NCBI GenBank assembly: GCA_049840815.1 | Contig: JASGJI010000017.1 | Coordinates: 344,133-408,132, forward strand | DNA: 64,000 nucleotides | Direction of reading: 5' to 3' | Origin: Thermomicrobiales bacterium | GTDB lineage: Bacteria; Chloroflexota; Chloroflexia; Thermomicrobiales; UBA6265 | In this document: piece by piece, positions 49,761 to 58,884 of the stretch | How the letters are laid out: every line of letters begins with the position of its first letter | Position numbering within the stretch: the first letter of the stretch is position 1 | The notes under the pieces: generated by a model | Database searches by the model: none | What the model saw: the letters and a program-made list of their open reading frames with translations, nothing else | Told to the model about the DNA's origin: nothing | Made by a program: the position numbers and the translations under genes

Positions 49761-52430
49761 ATGACATCATCCGTGCCCGCCCAGAGCGAGGGGCGCGCGC
49801 GCAAGACGATGAGTCCGCTGGGGCGGATGATCGGGATGCGACAGCGCGGGATCTCGCGTGGGTTCGCGTTGGTCTCGATGCTGGCCGTGCTCATGAGCCT
49901 GGCGCCGTCGTTTGCGGCGGCTGCCGCGGTGGGAGGCGCCGGGAACACGACCGCGGTCGCGGCGCAAGGCGCATTGCCGAGCATCACCATCGACGTGAAG
50001 ACGTGTGCGCCGACGACGGGCACATCCGATGAGGCCCAGGCCCGGACGTGGGGCGATCTCTCTGCCGCGTGCACGCAGCCATTGGCCGACATCACCACGC
50101 ATCTGACCGCCACGGCGAACGGCCAGGACACCCCGAAGACATCCAATGCGAATGGCAGGATCTCCTACGACAGCCTGCAACCGGGCGACTACACGATGTA
50201 TTCCGACATCCCGCGCGGAACGGCCTGGGAGGTCGTCTACTGCTCGGTCGATGGCGGCGCGCCATACCAGAAGACCTTCAACGACTCGATTGTGACCACG
50301 TTCTCCGATCTGGAGACCGAGCAGGTGGTCTGCACCTGGTTCGTGATCCCGGTCGAAACCGCCGACGCCTCCCCGACGCCGACTGCGGAGGCGACCGCCA
50401 CGACGCCCGCAGTGGAGCCGACCCCGACTGCGACCGAGGGCACGGATGCCCCGCAGAGCGGCGTCATCACCGTCGATGCGTTCACCTGTCCGACCGGAAC
50501 CGGTCTCGGCGACAACGCATCCTTCCAGGACCTCAATGCCGCCTGCACCACGTCTGCCCTCGACGTGACGGTTCACCTGACGGATCAGGCGACGGGGAGC
50601 GACGATCCCCAGAACACGGGGTCCGGCGGGCTCCTCACGTGGGATGGTCTCGATGCTGGCGCCTACGATGCGTGGACGGACATTCCGCGCGGCACCGCGC
50701 ACGAGCTCCTTTTCTGCTCCAACCTCGCCGGTGCCATCTTCCCGGTCGACTTCAACGAGAACATCGTTGCGACCTTCCAGTTGGCGGCGGGTGAGCGGTT
50801 CGACTGCTCGTGGTTCATCGTGCCGACCGATACCTCCGGCGCAGCGGAGGACACCCCGACGCCGACGGCGACTGACACCGAGGTGCCGACCGCGACCACC
50901 ACCACCACGCCAACGGAGACCGCTGCTTCGACCGCGACCGCGGTCAGCGAGACGTCCCTGACGGTGCATCTCGCGCTCTGCCCGCAGGACTACACGGGGA
51001 ACGCCTATTACGACGACTGCCACGCGAATGGCGTGGATGGCATGGAGTTCCTGCTCGACGGCCCGGACGGCCAGCAGAGCGAGACGACCACGCTGCCGCA
51101 GACGCCGGGACCCGGTGTCGCGACCTTCTCCAACCTTACCGGTGGCGACTACACCCTGGCGGGCGGGCCTCCCGGCGATTTCGGTGAAGTCGTCCTCTAC
51201 TGCTCTACTCAGCCCGACAACACGCCCGTTGACGCGCCGGTGAGCAGCACGCAGGCGTCGCTGACGATTGACGCAGGTGAGAACGTCCTCTGCGACTGGT
51301 ACTACATCCCGGAGAACGCGCAGGGCGAGACGCCGACCGCCACCCAGACCACGGTCCCCACCGCCACGCCGTCCCCGACGGCCACGGCCACCGAGGCTCC
51401 GCGCGCCGAGATCCTGGTCACGCTTTACAGCTGCCCCGCGACTGGCAGCACCTACGGTGGCGCGACCTACGACGAACTGAAGAACGCCTGCGGGACGACG
51501 GTCGATAACGTGCCGTTCTCCCTGGGCGATGTCGGGGCGCCACCGTTGGTGGCGAACACCGGCATCTCCGGACCGGGCGCGGTTCGCTTCTACGACCTGC
51601 TGCCCGCCGACTACACCCTCTCGCCGGCGCTGCCCGATTCGCTCACCAGCACGGCGGTCTTCTGCACCGTGGACGATGGTGACCGCTACCAGAAGGCGCT
51701 CCAGAACGGCGGGGTCACCTTCGTGAATGTCGAGTCGGATCAGATCACCTGCGACTGGTTCGCCGTCTCGGCGCCGCAGCCGACGATGACGCCGACCGTT
51801 CCGTCAGTCCCGACCGCAACGGTGGCTCCATCACAACCGACGCCGACCACGCCGGCCCAACCGACCTCCACGCCGGTGGGCGCGACCGGTTCGATCACCG
51901 TTCGCGAATATCTCTGCGCCAAGGACAAGTCGGCGATCACCGACTGGGAGCGCGAATGCACGCCGGGCAGCAGTGGCGGTACCTTCCTGCTCACCAACAG
52001 CCAGCTTGGCGTTCGCACCGAGGGCACGACCGCGCAGAACGGCGTGCTGGTCTTCGCGAAGCTGAAGGATGGTCACTACGACCTGAAGCTGGAATCCGGT
52101 GCCTGGTGCCGGGCCACGGCCGACCGGGTCGATAGCGAGAGCCGCGTGATCGTGGCAGACGGCACCAACACCGACGTCGTGATCTATCAGTGCAATGCGA
52201 CAACCTCGCTACCAAGCACCGGCACCGGCACCCAGATCAGTTCGAGCGACCGCAACACGGTGGTCATGTTCGCGGTCCTGGCGTTGGTGATCGTGTCGGC
52301 GACCCTTGCCGCGATCAGCGTGATGACCTTCGTGCGGACGGAGCGTCGTCGCCGGGTGGATGGCCCCCGCGAAACGACCGGCGTGCCGGTCCGGACCGCG
52401 TCGGGCCGGATGCGCATGCGCTTCCGGTAG
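49761..52430 (+). CDS. LPXTG-anchored surface protein with five tandem four-cysteine repeat domains
   Basis: Signal peptide GFALVSMLAVLMSLAPSFAAAAA. Five ~100-125-aa repeats are separated by Thr/Pro linkers. The C-terminal sorting signal is LPSTG (52209-52223), followed by a hydrophobic segment and RTERRRR. Confidence 0.8.
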   Translation: MTSSVPAQSEGRARKTMSPLGRMIGMRQRGISRGFALVSMLAVLMSLAPSFAAAAAVGGAGNTTAVAAQGALPSITIDVKTCAPTTGTSDEAQARTWGDLSAACTQPLADITTHLTATANGQDTPKTSNANGRISYDSLQPGDYTMYSDIPRGTAWEVVYCSVDGGAPYQKTFNDSIVTTFSDLETEQVVCTWFVIPVETADASPTPTAEATATTPAVEPTPTATEGTDAPQSGVITVDAFTCPTGTGLGDNASFQDLNAACTTSALDVTVHLTDQATGSDDPQNTGSGGLLTWDGLDAGAYDAWTDIPRGTAHELLFCSNLAGAIFPVDFNENIVATFQLAAGERFDCSWFIVPTDTSGAAEDTPTPTATDTEVPTATTTTTPTETAASTATAVSETSLTVHLALCPQDYTGNAYYDDCHANGVDGMEFLLDGPDGQQSETTTLPQTPGPGVATFSNLTGGDYTLAGGPPGDFGEVVLYCSTQPDNTPVDAPVSSTQASLTIDAGENVLCDWYYIPENAQGETPTATQTTVPTATPSPTATATEAPRAEILVTLYSCPATGSTYGGATYDELKNACGTTVDNVPFSLGDVGAPPLVANTGISGPGAVRFYDLLPADYTLSPALPDSLTSTAVFCTVDDGDRYQKALQNGGVTFVNVESDQITCDWFAVSAPQPTMTPTVPSVPTATVAPSQPTPTTPAQPTSTPVGATGSITVREYLCAKDKSAITDWERECTPGSSGGTFLLTNSQLGVRTEGTTAQNGVLVFAKLKDGHYDLKLESGAWCRATADRVDSESRVIVADGTNTDVVIYQCNATTSLPSTGTGTQISSSDRNTVVMFAVLALVIVSATLAAISVMTFVRTERRRRVDGPRETTGVPVRTASGRMRMRFR

Positions 52431-52451
52431 CACTACGCTCCATCGCACGGC

Positions 52452-52485
52452 GCGAAGCAGGACGATCCCAATCGTCCCGCTTCGC
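52452..52485 (+). terminator. hairpin after the LPXTG gene
   Basis: gcgaagcaggacgat-ccca-atcgtcccgcttcgc forms a 15-bp stem with one mismatch. Confidence 0.5.
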
Positions 52486-52782
52486 ATTCCGGATCGGCGC
52501 GTCGGCGTCGTTGGCAGGCAGACTGGGACAGGTCGGGCGATATCCGGGCCGATGGCGAACCGCTTGCCGTGACGGGACGTGCGCATGGAAAGGTGCGGGC
52601 TGTGTGTGCGGCACGCAGCATTTTGTCCGGACACTGGGATAGAATGACCTCTGTTGGTCATATTCGGACGAACGGGAGATCGTACGTCCGCTTGACTCGG
52701 CGCACCTGGCGCTTGACGATGTTCGCAGTCCATTCGGGAACCGCAGTTGCGATCGAAACCACCCGAGTGGAAGGAGTACGGC

Positions 52783-53709
52783 ATGACGATGAACTGGGAT
52801 CGAATTCGAACGGGATTGGCCTCCACCCTGGTGGCGTCCACGTTGATGCTTTCGGTGGCCGCAGTCCCGGTGGTGGCGAGCACCGGAACGGCGCTGCCCG
52901 GCTGGGGAGACAACTCCGACAAGGGGTTGCAGGCTGGTCCGCTCGGCGTGAACGCGGCGACACCGGGGTCGAACGGTGTCGTGCCGATCGCTATGCAGAT
53001 CCCGGATGCCGGGGTTGATGCCGAGGTCGAGAAGAACAAGATCGTCGACGGCCAGATGCTCGACCCGAGCGGTCCGTGGGTCGTCTCCTGGTATCAGGAA
53101 ACGGCCAAGGCGGGCGACACCAAGGATTACCGCAATATGGTGGTCTCTGGGCACGTCGACTACTGGGGAGTTGGTCCGTCCGTCTTCCAGTCCGTTGCGG
53201 ACCTGACCAAGGGCGCCCAGATTTACGTGACGGGCGAGAATGGCGATGTCTTCACCTACGTGGTGGATACCGTCGAGATGGTCGATGCCAGTCCGACGCA
53301 GGAAGTGCTGCAGAAGATCGTCGGCCCATCTGACACGCCGACGCTGACGATCATCACGTGTGGCGGTGACTTCAACGGCACGGAGTACCTGAATCGCATG
53401 ATCGTGAAGGCACACCTCGCCGAGTCCGAAGAGGGTGCCGGCACGCCGGGAACTCCGGCCAGTGCGACGGACAATTCTGGCGTCTCCGCGTTGACCTCCG
53501 GGAGCGCCGCGCTCGCCAAGGACGACAACGTCAACGTCCGCTCTGATGCGTCCACCACCGCCGATGTCATCGCGACGCTGGCGAAGGGCGATCAGGTGAC
53601 GATCACGGGCGATTCGGTGGAGGCCGATGGCCACACCTGGTTCCCCATCCAGACGGCGGATGGCACGACGGGCTGGGTGGTGCAGGATTACCTCACCCCG
53701 GCGCCTTAA
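52783..53709 (+). CDS. sortase family (class E/F-like) transpeptidase fused to a C-terminal bacterial SH3 domain
   Basis: ATG lies 6 nt after AAGGAG, followed by an N-terminal TM anchor. Catalytic His context VVSGHVDYW and catalytic Cys motif TLTIITCGG. C-terminal SH3b-like segment VNVRSDASTTADVIATLAKGDQVTITG...GHTWFPIQTADGTTGWVVQDYL. Confidence 0.8.
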   Translation: MTMNWDRIRTGLASTLVASTLMLSVAAVPVVASTGTALPGWGDNSDKGLQAGPLGVNAATPGSNGVVPIAMQIPDAGVDAEVEKNKIVDGQMLDPSGPWVVSWYQETAKAGDTKDYRNMVVSGHVDYWGVGPSVFQSVADLTKGAQIYVTGENGDVFTYVVDTVEMVDASPTQEVLQKIVGPSDTPTLTIITCGGDFNGTEYLNRMIVKAHLAESEEGAGTPGTPASATDNSGVSALTSGSAALAKDDNVNVRSDASTTADVIATLAKGDQVTITGDSVEADGHTWFPIQTADGTTGWVVQDYLTPAP

Positions 53710-53730
53710 ACGCGAGTACCGGTCATATGA

Positions 53731-53773
53731 CACAGGGAGACCCGGATCGCCTGGCGATCCGGGTCTCCCTGTG
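53731..53773. terminator. bidirectional terminator hairpin
   Basis: cacagggagacccggatcgcc and ggcgatccgggtctccctgtg form a ~19-21-bp perfect palindrome between convergent genes. Confidence 0.7.
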
Positions 53774-53788
53774 ATATGCGGTGGGCGT

Positions 53789-54010
53789 TCAGTCGGTCTC
53801 GTCAAGCCACGCCAGGGCATCGTGGCGGGTGATCGACAGGATGTGATGGTCGAGCATCTGGGCCTTCAGGCGCTTCTCGAAGACCGCGTTCTCGATGATC
53901 TTGGCATCGATTGACAGCAGGGTGGACAGCTCCTGAACGGTAAAGGAATCCTGCGACAACAGGGTTTCCATCGGCTTGCTCCCGGTCTCGATCGGGTTCT
54001 CGTGGGACAT
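53789..54010 (-). CDS. small helix-turn-helix (excisionase/MerR-like HTH_17) DNA-binding protein
   Basis: 73 aa. ATG lies 5 nt after AGGAGG. HTH-like segment FTVQELSTLLSIDAKIIENAVFEKRLKA. Confidence 0.5.
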   Translation of the reverse strand: MSHENPIETGSKPMETLLSQDSFTVQELSTLLSIDAKIIENAVFEKRLKAQMLDHHILSITRHDALAWLDETD

Positions 54011-54099
54011 GACGACCTCCTGGGTTCATCGTGACGGCATGGTTGCCCCGCTATTATCGCCCGATCCCCCCACTTCGTGCCGGGTACTGCCTCCCGGGC

Positions 54100-54240
54100 A
54101 GGGCAATCGCATGCTCGGCGTTCGCGCCGTGCGAACGATGGGCTCGGATGACACCGCTCGTTCGGCAGCACCCGTGTGTGCCGCCTCGGAGCGGATGGCA
54201 AGAGCCGCATCCGACCAGAAACCCAGCATGCGATTGCCCT
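54100..54240. repeat. inverted pair of the 16-nt core repeat, separated by 109 nt
   Basis: agggcaatcgcatgct (54100-54115) and agcatgcgattgccct (54225-54240). Confidence 0.55.
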
Positions 54241-54245
54241 ACCAC

Positions 54246-55607
54246 TCAGGGCGTGAGGCGCTGCATGTCGCGAGGGAAGAGCGTCACCTCGCGCACGTTC
54301 GGCGTGCCGACCAGCAGCGCGATCATCCGCTCCACTCCAAGCGCGAAGCCACCGTGCGGAGGCATCCCATGCCGGAATGCCTCCAGGTAGCCGGCGAACG
54401 GCTCCGCATCCAGGCCGCGATCCGTCAACGCGGTCAGGTAGTCGGGGTATTCGTGGAGACGCTGGCCGCCCGTCATGATCTCCTGCCCCCGGAAGAGGAG
54501 GTCGAAGCTGTTCGACCACGCGGGGCGCGTCGGGTCGGGGTGCGTGTAGAACGGGCGCTTGCGCATCGGGTAGCCGGTGACGAAGAGCCAGTCGGAGCCG
54601 TGTGTCTCCTGCGCCCAATCGCCCAGCCAGCGTTCGTGGGCCGGGGCGAGGTCCGGCTCCGCGCTCAGGTCCTCGCCGGTCGCCGTGCCGACCATCGCCA
54701 GTGCGTCCGTGAAGTGGACCTGCGGGATGCTGCGCGGCACACCCGGCAGGGCATCCGTGAGGGCGTGCGCCTCCAATGCCCGCGTCTCCCCCGCGATGGA
54801 AGCCATCATCCCGCGCAGGACCTCCGTGACGACCGCCATGACGTCCTGATGGTTGCGGATGAAGCCCATCTCGGCGTCCAGCGAGAGGAACTGGCTGAGG
54901 TGACGGGTCGTGTCGTGCGGTTCGGCGCGGAAGGCGGGGGCGGTCTCGAAGACGCGCTCCAGCGCCCCGACCATGATCTGCTTGTAGAGTTGCGGGCTCT
55001 GCGCCAGATAGGCCGTGCTCCCGAAGTAGTCGACCGGGAAGACATTCGCGCCGCCTTCCGGCGCGGTTTCCAGCAGCTTCGGCGTGGCGATCTCGACAAA
55101 GCCCCGGTCGCCCAGCGTTTGCCGGAATCCGCGCACTGCGGCGGCGAGCAGGCGTTGCGACGCCACGCGCTTCGGATGCCGGAGGGTGACGGCGGCGTGA
55201 TCGAGCAGCGTCGGCAGCTTCGCAGGAATCTCCGGCCGAAAGAGTTCCACCGGTGGTTCCTCGACCGATGTGCCAAGGATGGTGACGGCGGGATTATGCA
55301 GTTCGATCCCGTTCGGCGCTTGCGGCGCGGCGACGACCGTCGCTTCGATCGCGAGCACGCTCTCGTGCGGCAGGGCCTGGGTGATGGCGCGGAGATCCGC
55401 CGCCTCCACGATGACCTGGGCGATGCCGGATGCGTCACGCAGGAGCAGGAAGTCGACCGCTTTCAGCAGCCGTTGGTGATGCAGCCAGCCGCAGATCAGC
55501 ACCCGTTCGCCAACGCGATCGCCGAGCTCGCCGACGGAGGTGCGTAGGGGTGATGAGGCCACGGGCGGCAGGACGGAGAGAAGGGGAGAAGAGGGGGTAG
55601 AGGACAC
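54246..55607 (-). CDS. aspS: aspartate--tRNA ligase, type 2 (archaeal-type, possibly non-discriminating)
   Basis: Class II motifs FRAEPHDTTRHLSQFLSLDAE and GMPPHGGFALGVERM. About 453 aa. GTG start at 55607 lies 8 nt after GGAGG and downstream of the T-box terminator. Confidence 0.85.
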   Translation of the reverse strand: MSSTPSSPLLSVLPPVASSPLRTSVGELGDRVGERVLICGWLHHQRLLKAVDFLLLRDASGIAQVIVEAADLRAITQALPHESVLAIEATVVAAPQAPNGIELHNPAVTILGTSVEEPPVELFRPEIPAKLPTLLDHAAVTLRHPKRVASQRLLAAAVRGFRQTLGDRGFVEIATPKLLETAPEGGANVFPVDYFGSTAYLAQSPQLYKQIMVGALERVFETAPAFRAEPHDTTRHLSQFLSLDAEMGFIRNHQDVMAVVTEVLRGMMASIAGETRALEAHALTDALPGVPRSIPQVHFTDALAMVGTATGEDLSAEPDLAPAHERWLGDWAQETHGSDWLFVTGYPMRKRPFYTHPDPTRPAWSNSFDLLFRGQEIMTGGQRLHEYPDYLTALTDRGLDAEPFAGYLEAFRHGMPPHGGFALGVERMIALLVGTPNVREVTLFPRDMQRLTP

Positions 55608-55620
55608 GGTGGTCGCCTCC

Positions 55621-55905
55621 GGAAAACAGCCAGACGCTCCCTCCGTCATGCGGACGAGGGGAGCGTCTCGTGGTGCCACCGCAATTCGCCACCCTCGAGG
55701 GGGCGGCCTTCTGGGGCCGGGTAACGGGGGCAAGCCGTCCTGACCTGGGAGGTCGTCCGGGGTTCCAGGAACCGTGGGTGGACGCTCGTTCAGCCGGGCA
55801 CTCGGGAGGGTCTTCGTGGGCTGGGGATCGTCACGCTCGCACCGTCCGTGACTCGCTCGGGATCGCTTCCAGATGCCCGCTACTTGGCTCCGTCAACGCG
55901 TTGGC
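55621..55905 (-). promoter_or_regulatory. T-box leader (tRNA-sensing riboswitch) upstream of aspS
   Basis: On the minus strand there is an AGTA element (55881-55884) and an F-box CCGTTA (55722-55727). The T-box core AATTGCGGTGGCACCACG (55669-55686) matches the remembered consensus AATTAGGGTGGTACCGCG at 14 of 18 positions. A terminator hairpin and a T4 run follow. Confidence 0.7.
55632..55668 (-). terminator. intrinsic terminator of the T-box leader
   Basis: AGACGCTCCC...GGGAGCGTCT (10-bp stem) is followed by GGCTGTTTTCC. The 5' half of the stem abuts the T-box core, giving the expected antiterminator alternative. Confidence 0.7.
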
Positions 55906-56099
55906 GCAAGCGTACGTGGCGATCCGGTTTCGTGCAATGGTGATGTGGTCATGCGCGAGGTGCAGGTCAATTGGAAAGAAACTGAACGAAGGAAGGCGTA
56001 TCTGGCGATGTGGTTGCGGATAACGCGAAATATGGTACGATGATAGTATGCACAGACAAGTAAATGGCGAGTCCGATCAGCATTTCGGAAGGGGGTCCC

Positions 56100-56900
56100 A
56101 TGGAACGACTCGCAGCAGGTTCATCCGGTCAAGGCCGTGTTTTCGCGCGGATTGCGTTAGCGTCCGTGATGGCAATCGTCGCGTTCTCGGGGGCATTCGC
56201 TCATACGACGGTATCGCGTGCGCAATCAACCCCTCCCTCGCAAGAGGCGATGATGGCATGCAGTCCGATGGGGTTTCACAACGTTCGCATCTCGTGGGGT
56301 GAGGTCGAGCGGGCGCTCGCCGCACCGGACGCCTCGGCGGAGGTTGCGGATGCGCTGACGGTGGAGATGCGGCAGGTCTATCGATCGGATGGATCGATGG
56401 ATATGCATGCGCTTGAAGCACTCCTGACGCCGGAGCTTCGGGAGTCCGCTGGCGTCGATTGCTCGGGCATGGATGCACCGCCTCCGATGGCGGGGACGCC
56501 CGTTTCGGAGGATCGGCAGGCGTACGTCGATCAGGTCCGGCAGATCGACGCGCGGACGGTCTCCGCGTTCATCGTGCTGCCGGGCATGATGTTCCAGCCA
56601 GCGCCGGGCGCGACCCCTGCGGCAGTCGGCGTGGTCGATGGCACGCCGTTGCCGGGTACTGAAATCGTCGACGCGGTCCAGTTCGCGATCTTCGTGCAGG
56701 AGGATGGCGAGTGGAAGATCTCCTATCTCTCGATGGGCATGGTGGTGTTCTCGGACGTGGCGCCGAAGGGTCAGGCCCCAAGCGATGGCTTCATCGGGAG
56801 CTGGGGGTATCCAGCGGCCGACCTGCGCGCGACCGGGATGCCCGACGTGCCGGAAGGGAGTGAGGTCGTCGCATCGCCGGTGGCAACACCTGCGAGCTGA
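56100..56900 (+). CDS. hypothetical secreted protein
   Basis: Signal-like N-terminus RVFARIALASVMAIVAFSGAFA. No recognised domain. ATG follows GGAAGGGGG. Confidence 0.5.
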   Translation: MERLAAGSSGQGRVFARIALASVMAIVAFSGAFAHTTVSRAQSTPPSQEAMMACSPMGFHNVRISWGEVERALAAPDASAEVADALTVEMRQVYRSDGSMDMHALEALLTPELRESAGVDCSGMDAPPPMAGTPVSEDRQAYVDQVRQIDARTVSAFIVLPGMMFQPAPGATPAAVGVVDGTPLPGTEIVDAVQFAIFVQEDGEWKISYLSMGMVVFSDVAPKGQAPSDGFIGSWGYPAADLRATGMPDVPEGSEVVASPVATPAS

Positions 56901-56911
56901 CCAATCATGGC

Positions 56912-56946
56912 GACGGGCGGACTTCCATGCAGGGAGTCCGCCCGTC
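56912..56946. terminator. hairpin between convergent genes
   Basis: gacgggcggact (56912-56923) and agtccgcccgtc (56935-56946) form a perfect 12-bp stem. Confidence 0.65.
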
Positions 56947-56963
56947 GGCGTGTGGTGAAGCTG

Positions 56964-57734
56964 CTAGAAGTAGTTGACCGTGATCCCGCCGTCCACCACG
57001 AACTGGGTCCCCGTCATCCACGACGATTCGTCGGAGGCGAGGAAGATACCCGCCCAGACGATGTCCTCCGCCCGCCCGAAGCGGCCCATCGGGATGCGGT
57101 TGAGACGCTTCATCTTCTCCTCCTCGTTCGGGAAGAGCGTCTCCAGCATGGGAGTCATGATCGGGCCGGGACAGATCGCGTTCGCGCGGATGCCCTCCCG
57201 CCCGTACTGCACCGCCAGCGACTTCGTCAGCGCCAGCACGCCGCCCTTGCTCGCCGTGTAGGCGTCCTGTGGGATCGTGCAGCCCACCAGCGCCACGAAC
57301 GACGCAATGTTCACGATCGAGCCGCCGCCGGCTGCCCGCAGCGCCGGGATGCCATGCTTCGTGACCAGGAAGATGCTCTTCAGGTTCACGTCCAGGATCG
57401 TGTCCCACAGGTCCGGCGCGGTCTGCTCGACCGAGGTGTCCGCCTCCGGCATGATCCCCGCGTTGTTGTAGAGCACGTTCACCTTGCCGAATCGCTCCAC
57501 TCCGCCCGCGATCATTGCCTGCACGTCGGCCTCGACCGTCACGTTGCCGACCACGGGCAGGATCGCATCACGCAGGCCCACATCCAGTCCGTCGAGCGTG
57601 GTCGTCAGGCCGTCCTCGTTGAGGTCGGCCGCGACGACCTTCGCGCCCTGCTCGGCGAACATCCGCGTCGCGACACGGCCCATGCCGCTCGCCGCGCCGG
57701 TCACCAACACCACCTTGCCATCGAGACGTGCCAT
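56964..57734 (-). CDS. SDR family oxidoreductase (FabG-like)
   Basis: VTGAASGMGRV cofactor motif, the NNAG segment and catalytic YTASKGG. ATG follows AAGGAG. Confidence 0.85.
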   Translation of the reverse strand: MARLDGKVVLVTGAASGMGRVATRMFAEQGAKVVAADLNEDGLTTTLDGLDVGLRDAILPVVGNVTVEADVQAMIAGGVERFGKVNVLYNNAGIMPEADTSVEQTAPDLWDTILDVNLKSIFLVTKHGIPALRAAGGGSIVNIASFVALVGCTIPQDAYTASKGGVLALTKSLAVQYGREGIRANAICPGPIMTPMLETLFPNEEEKMKRLNRIPMGRFGRAEDIVWAGIFLASDESSWMTGTQFVVDGGITVNYF

Positions 57735-57826
57735 CGGGAGAACTCCTTGACGTCGGTTGCGTCGATCGCGAACACGAGGTTCGCCGCTGAGGGAAATGTG
57801 CGATTACGGAGATACGGATACGCGTC

Positions 57827-58768
57827 TCAGGCGAGATCGCCGAGGATGAGATCGAGATAGGCTGAACGCGCGCTCGGCATCGGGCCGAGCGCCTCCGGCC
57901 ACCAGTACGACGCCAGCGACCATCCGAGGACGCCGTTCACGATGTCGCCCTCGTGTTCGCTGCCATAGCCGTGGTCGGCGCTACCCTCGTTCATCGTCGC
58001 GAAGGCGATCTGCGTGCCATCTGCGAAGCGCCAGATGCCCGTATCGGCCCGCATGCCGTCCATCATCCCCGATTTTGAGCCGATCCAGATCAGGGGATGC
58101 TCCTCGCCGTCGTCGCCGGTGTACTGATCGCGGCCGAGATAGCGCGATGCCTGGTTCAGGTAATGCTGGCGACCGAGCATCTGCCGCATTGTCTCGCTCG
58201 CCGCCGGGGAGACCATGGTGCCGTCCGCGATCCGGGCCATCATCGCCATCAGGTCGAATGGGGACGACTCTGCCAGCGAGCGGTTGTCCTCGCCCGCCGT
58301 TTCCATCTGCGCGCGTTCCTCCGGCGAGTGGAGGACGAAGCTGGGGAAGCCCAACGCCGCCGTCGTCGCGTTGATCGCCGCGTACCCCCCGAGGTGGTCG
58401 AGCAGGAGGCGGGTCGCGGAGTTGTCGGAGACGATCACCATCAGCATCGCGAGGTCGTGCAGCGTGAAATCCCGCCCCACCGTCATGTCGCGGAGCACGC
58501 CGGAGCCGAGCCGCAGGGTCTCCGGCGTGAACGGCACCGTGTCGGTGAGCGCCATGTCGCCCGCCTCGATCCGGCGGAAGAGTGACAGGAGCACAGGCAC
58601 TTTGTAGGTGCTGGCGGTGGGATAGGGTGCGTGGCCATCGACGAGGATCTCCTCGCCGGTGACGAGGTTGCGCGCGGCCAGCGCGAACGTGCCGGGGAAC
58701 CACGCGCGGGCGGCGGCAATGCGCCGGTCGAGCACGTCGCGGTGGAGGGTGGGATCGGGAGGCGGCAT
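57827..58768 (-). CDS. class A beta-lactamase-related serine hydrolase with no evident signal peptide
   Basis: SxxK (ASTYK), SDN (VSDNSAT) and KSG (GSKSGMM) motifs at class A spacing. Internal ATG at 58768 chosen. Confidence 0.7.
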   Translation of the reverse strand: MPPPDPTLHRDVLDRRIAAARAWFPGTFALAARNLVTGEEILVDGHAPYPTASTYKVPVLLSLFRRIEAGDMALTDTVPFTPETLRLGSGVLRDMTVGRDFTLHDLAMLMVIVSDNSATRLLLDHLGGYAAINATTAALGFPSFVLHSPEERAQMETAGEDNRSLAESSPFDLMAMMARIADGTMVSPAASETMRQMLGRQHYLNQASRYLGRDQYTGDDGEEHPLIWIGSKSGMMDGMRADTGIWRFADGTQIAFATMNEGSADHGYGSEHEGDIVNGVLGWSLASYWWPEALGPMPSARSAYLDLILGDLA

Positions 58769-58884
58769 GCGGCTGGGTGATCCTTTGGTGCAGGCGGTCG
58801 AAGCGTTCTGGCGAGGATTGTAGCGCGGGAACCATTCGGGCAGGCATCCCGCTACAATGCGCGACAAGGAACCAGCGTCCACAT

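Noticed and set aside
55608-55733. N-terminal extension of aspS (ORF-track start 55733, internal ATG 55649)
   Set aside because: The extension would translate through the T-box core and terminator hairpin. A GTG at 55607 with a GGAGG SD lies immediately downstream of the terminator.
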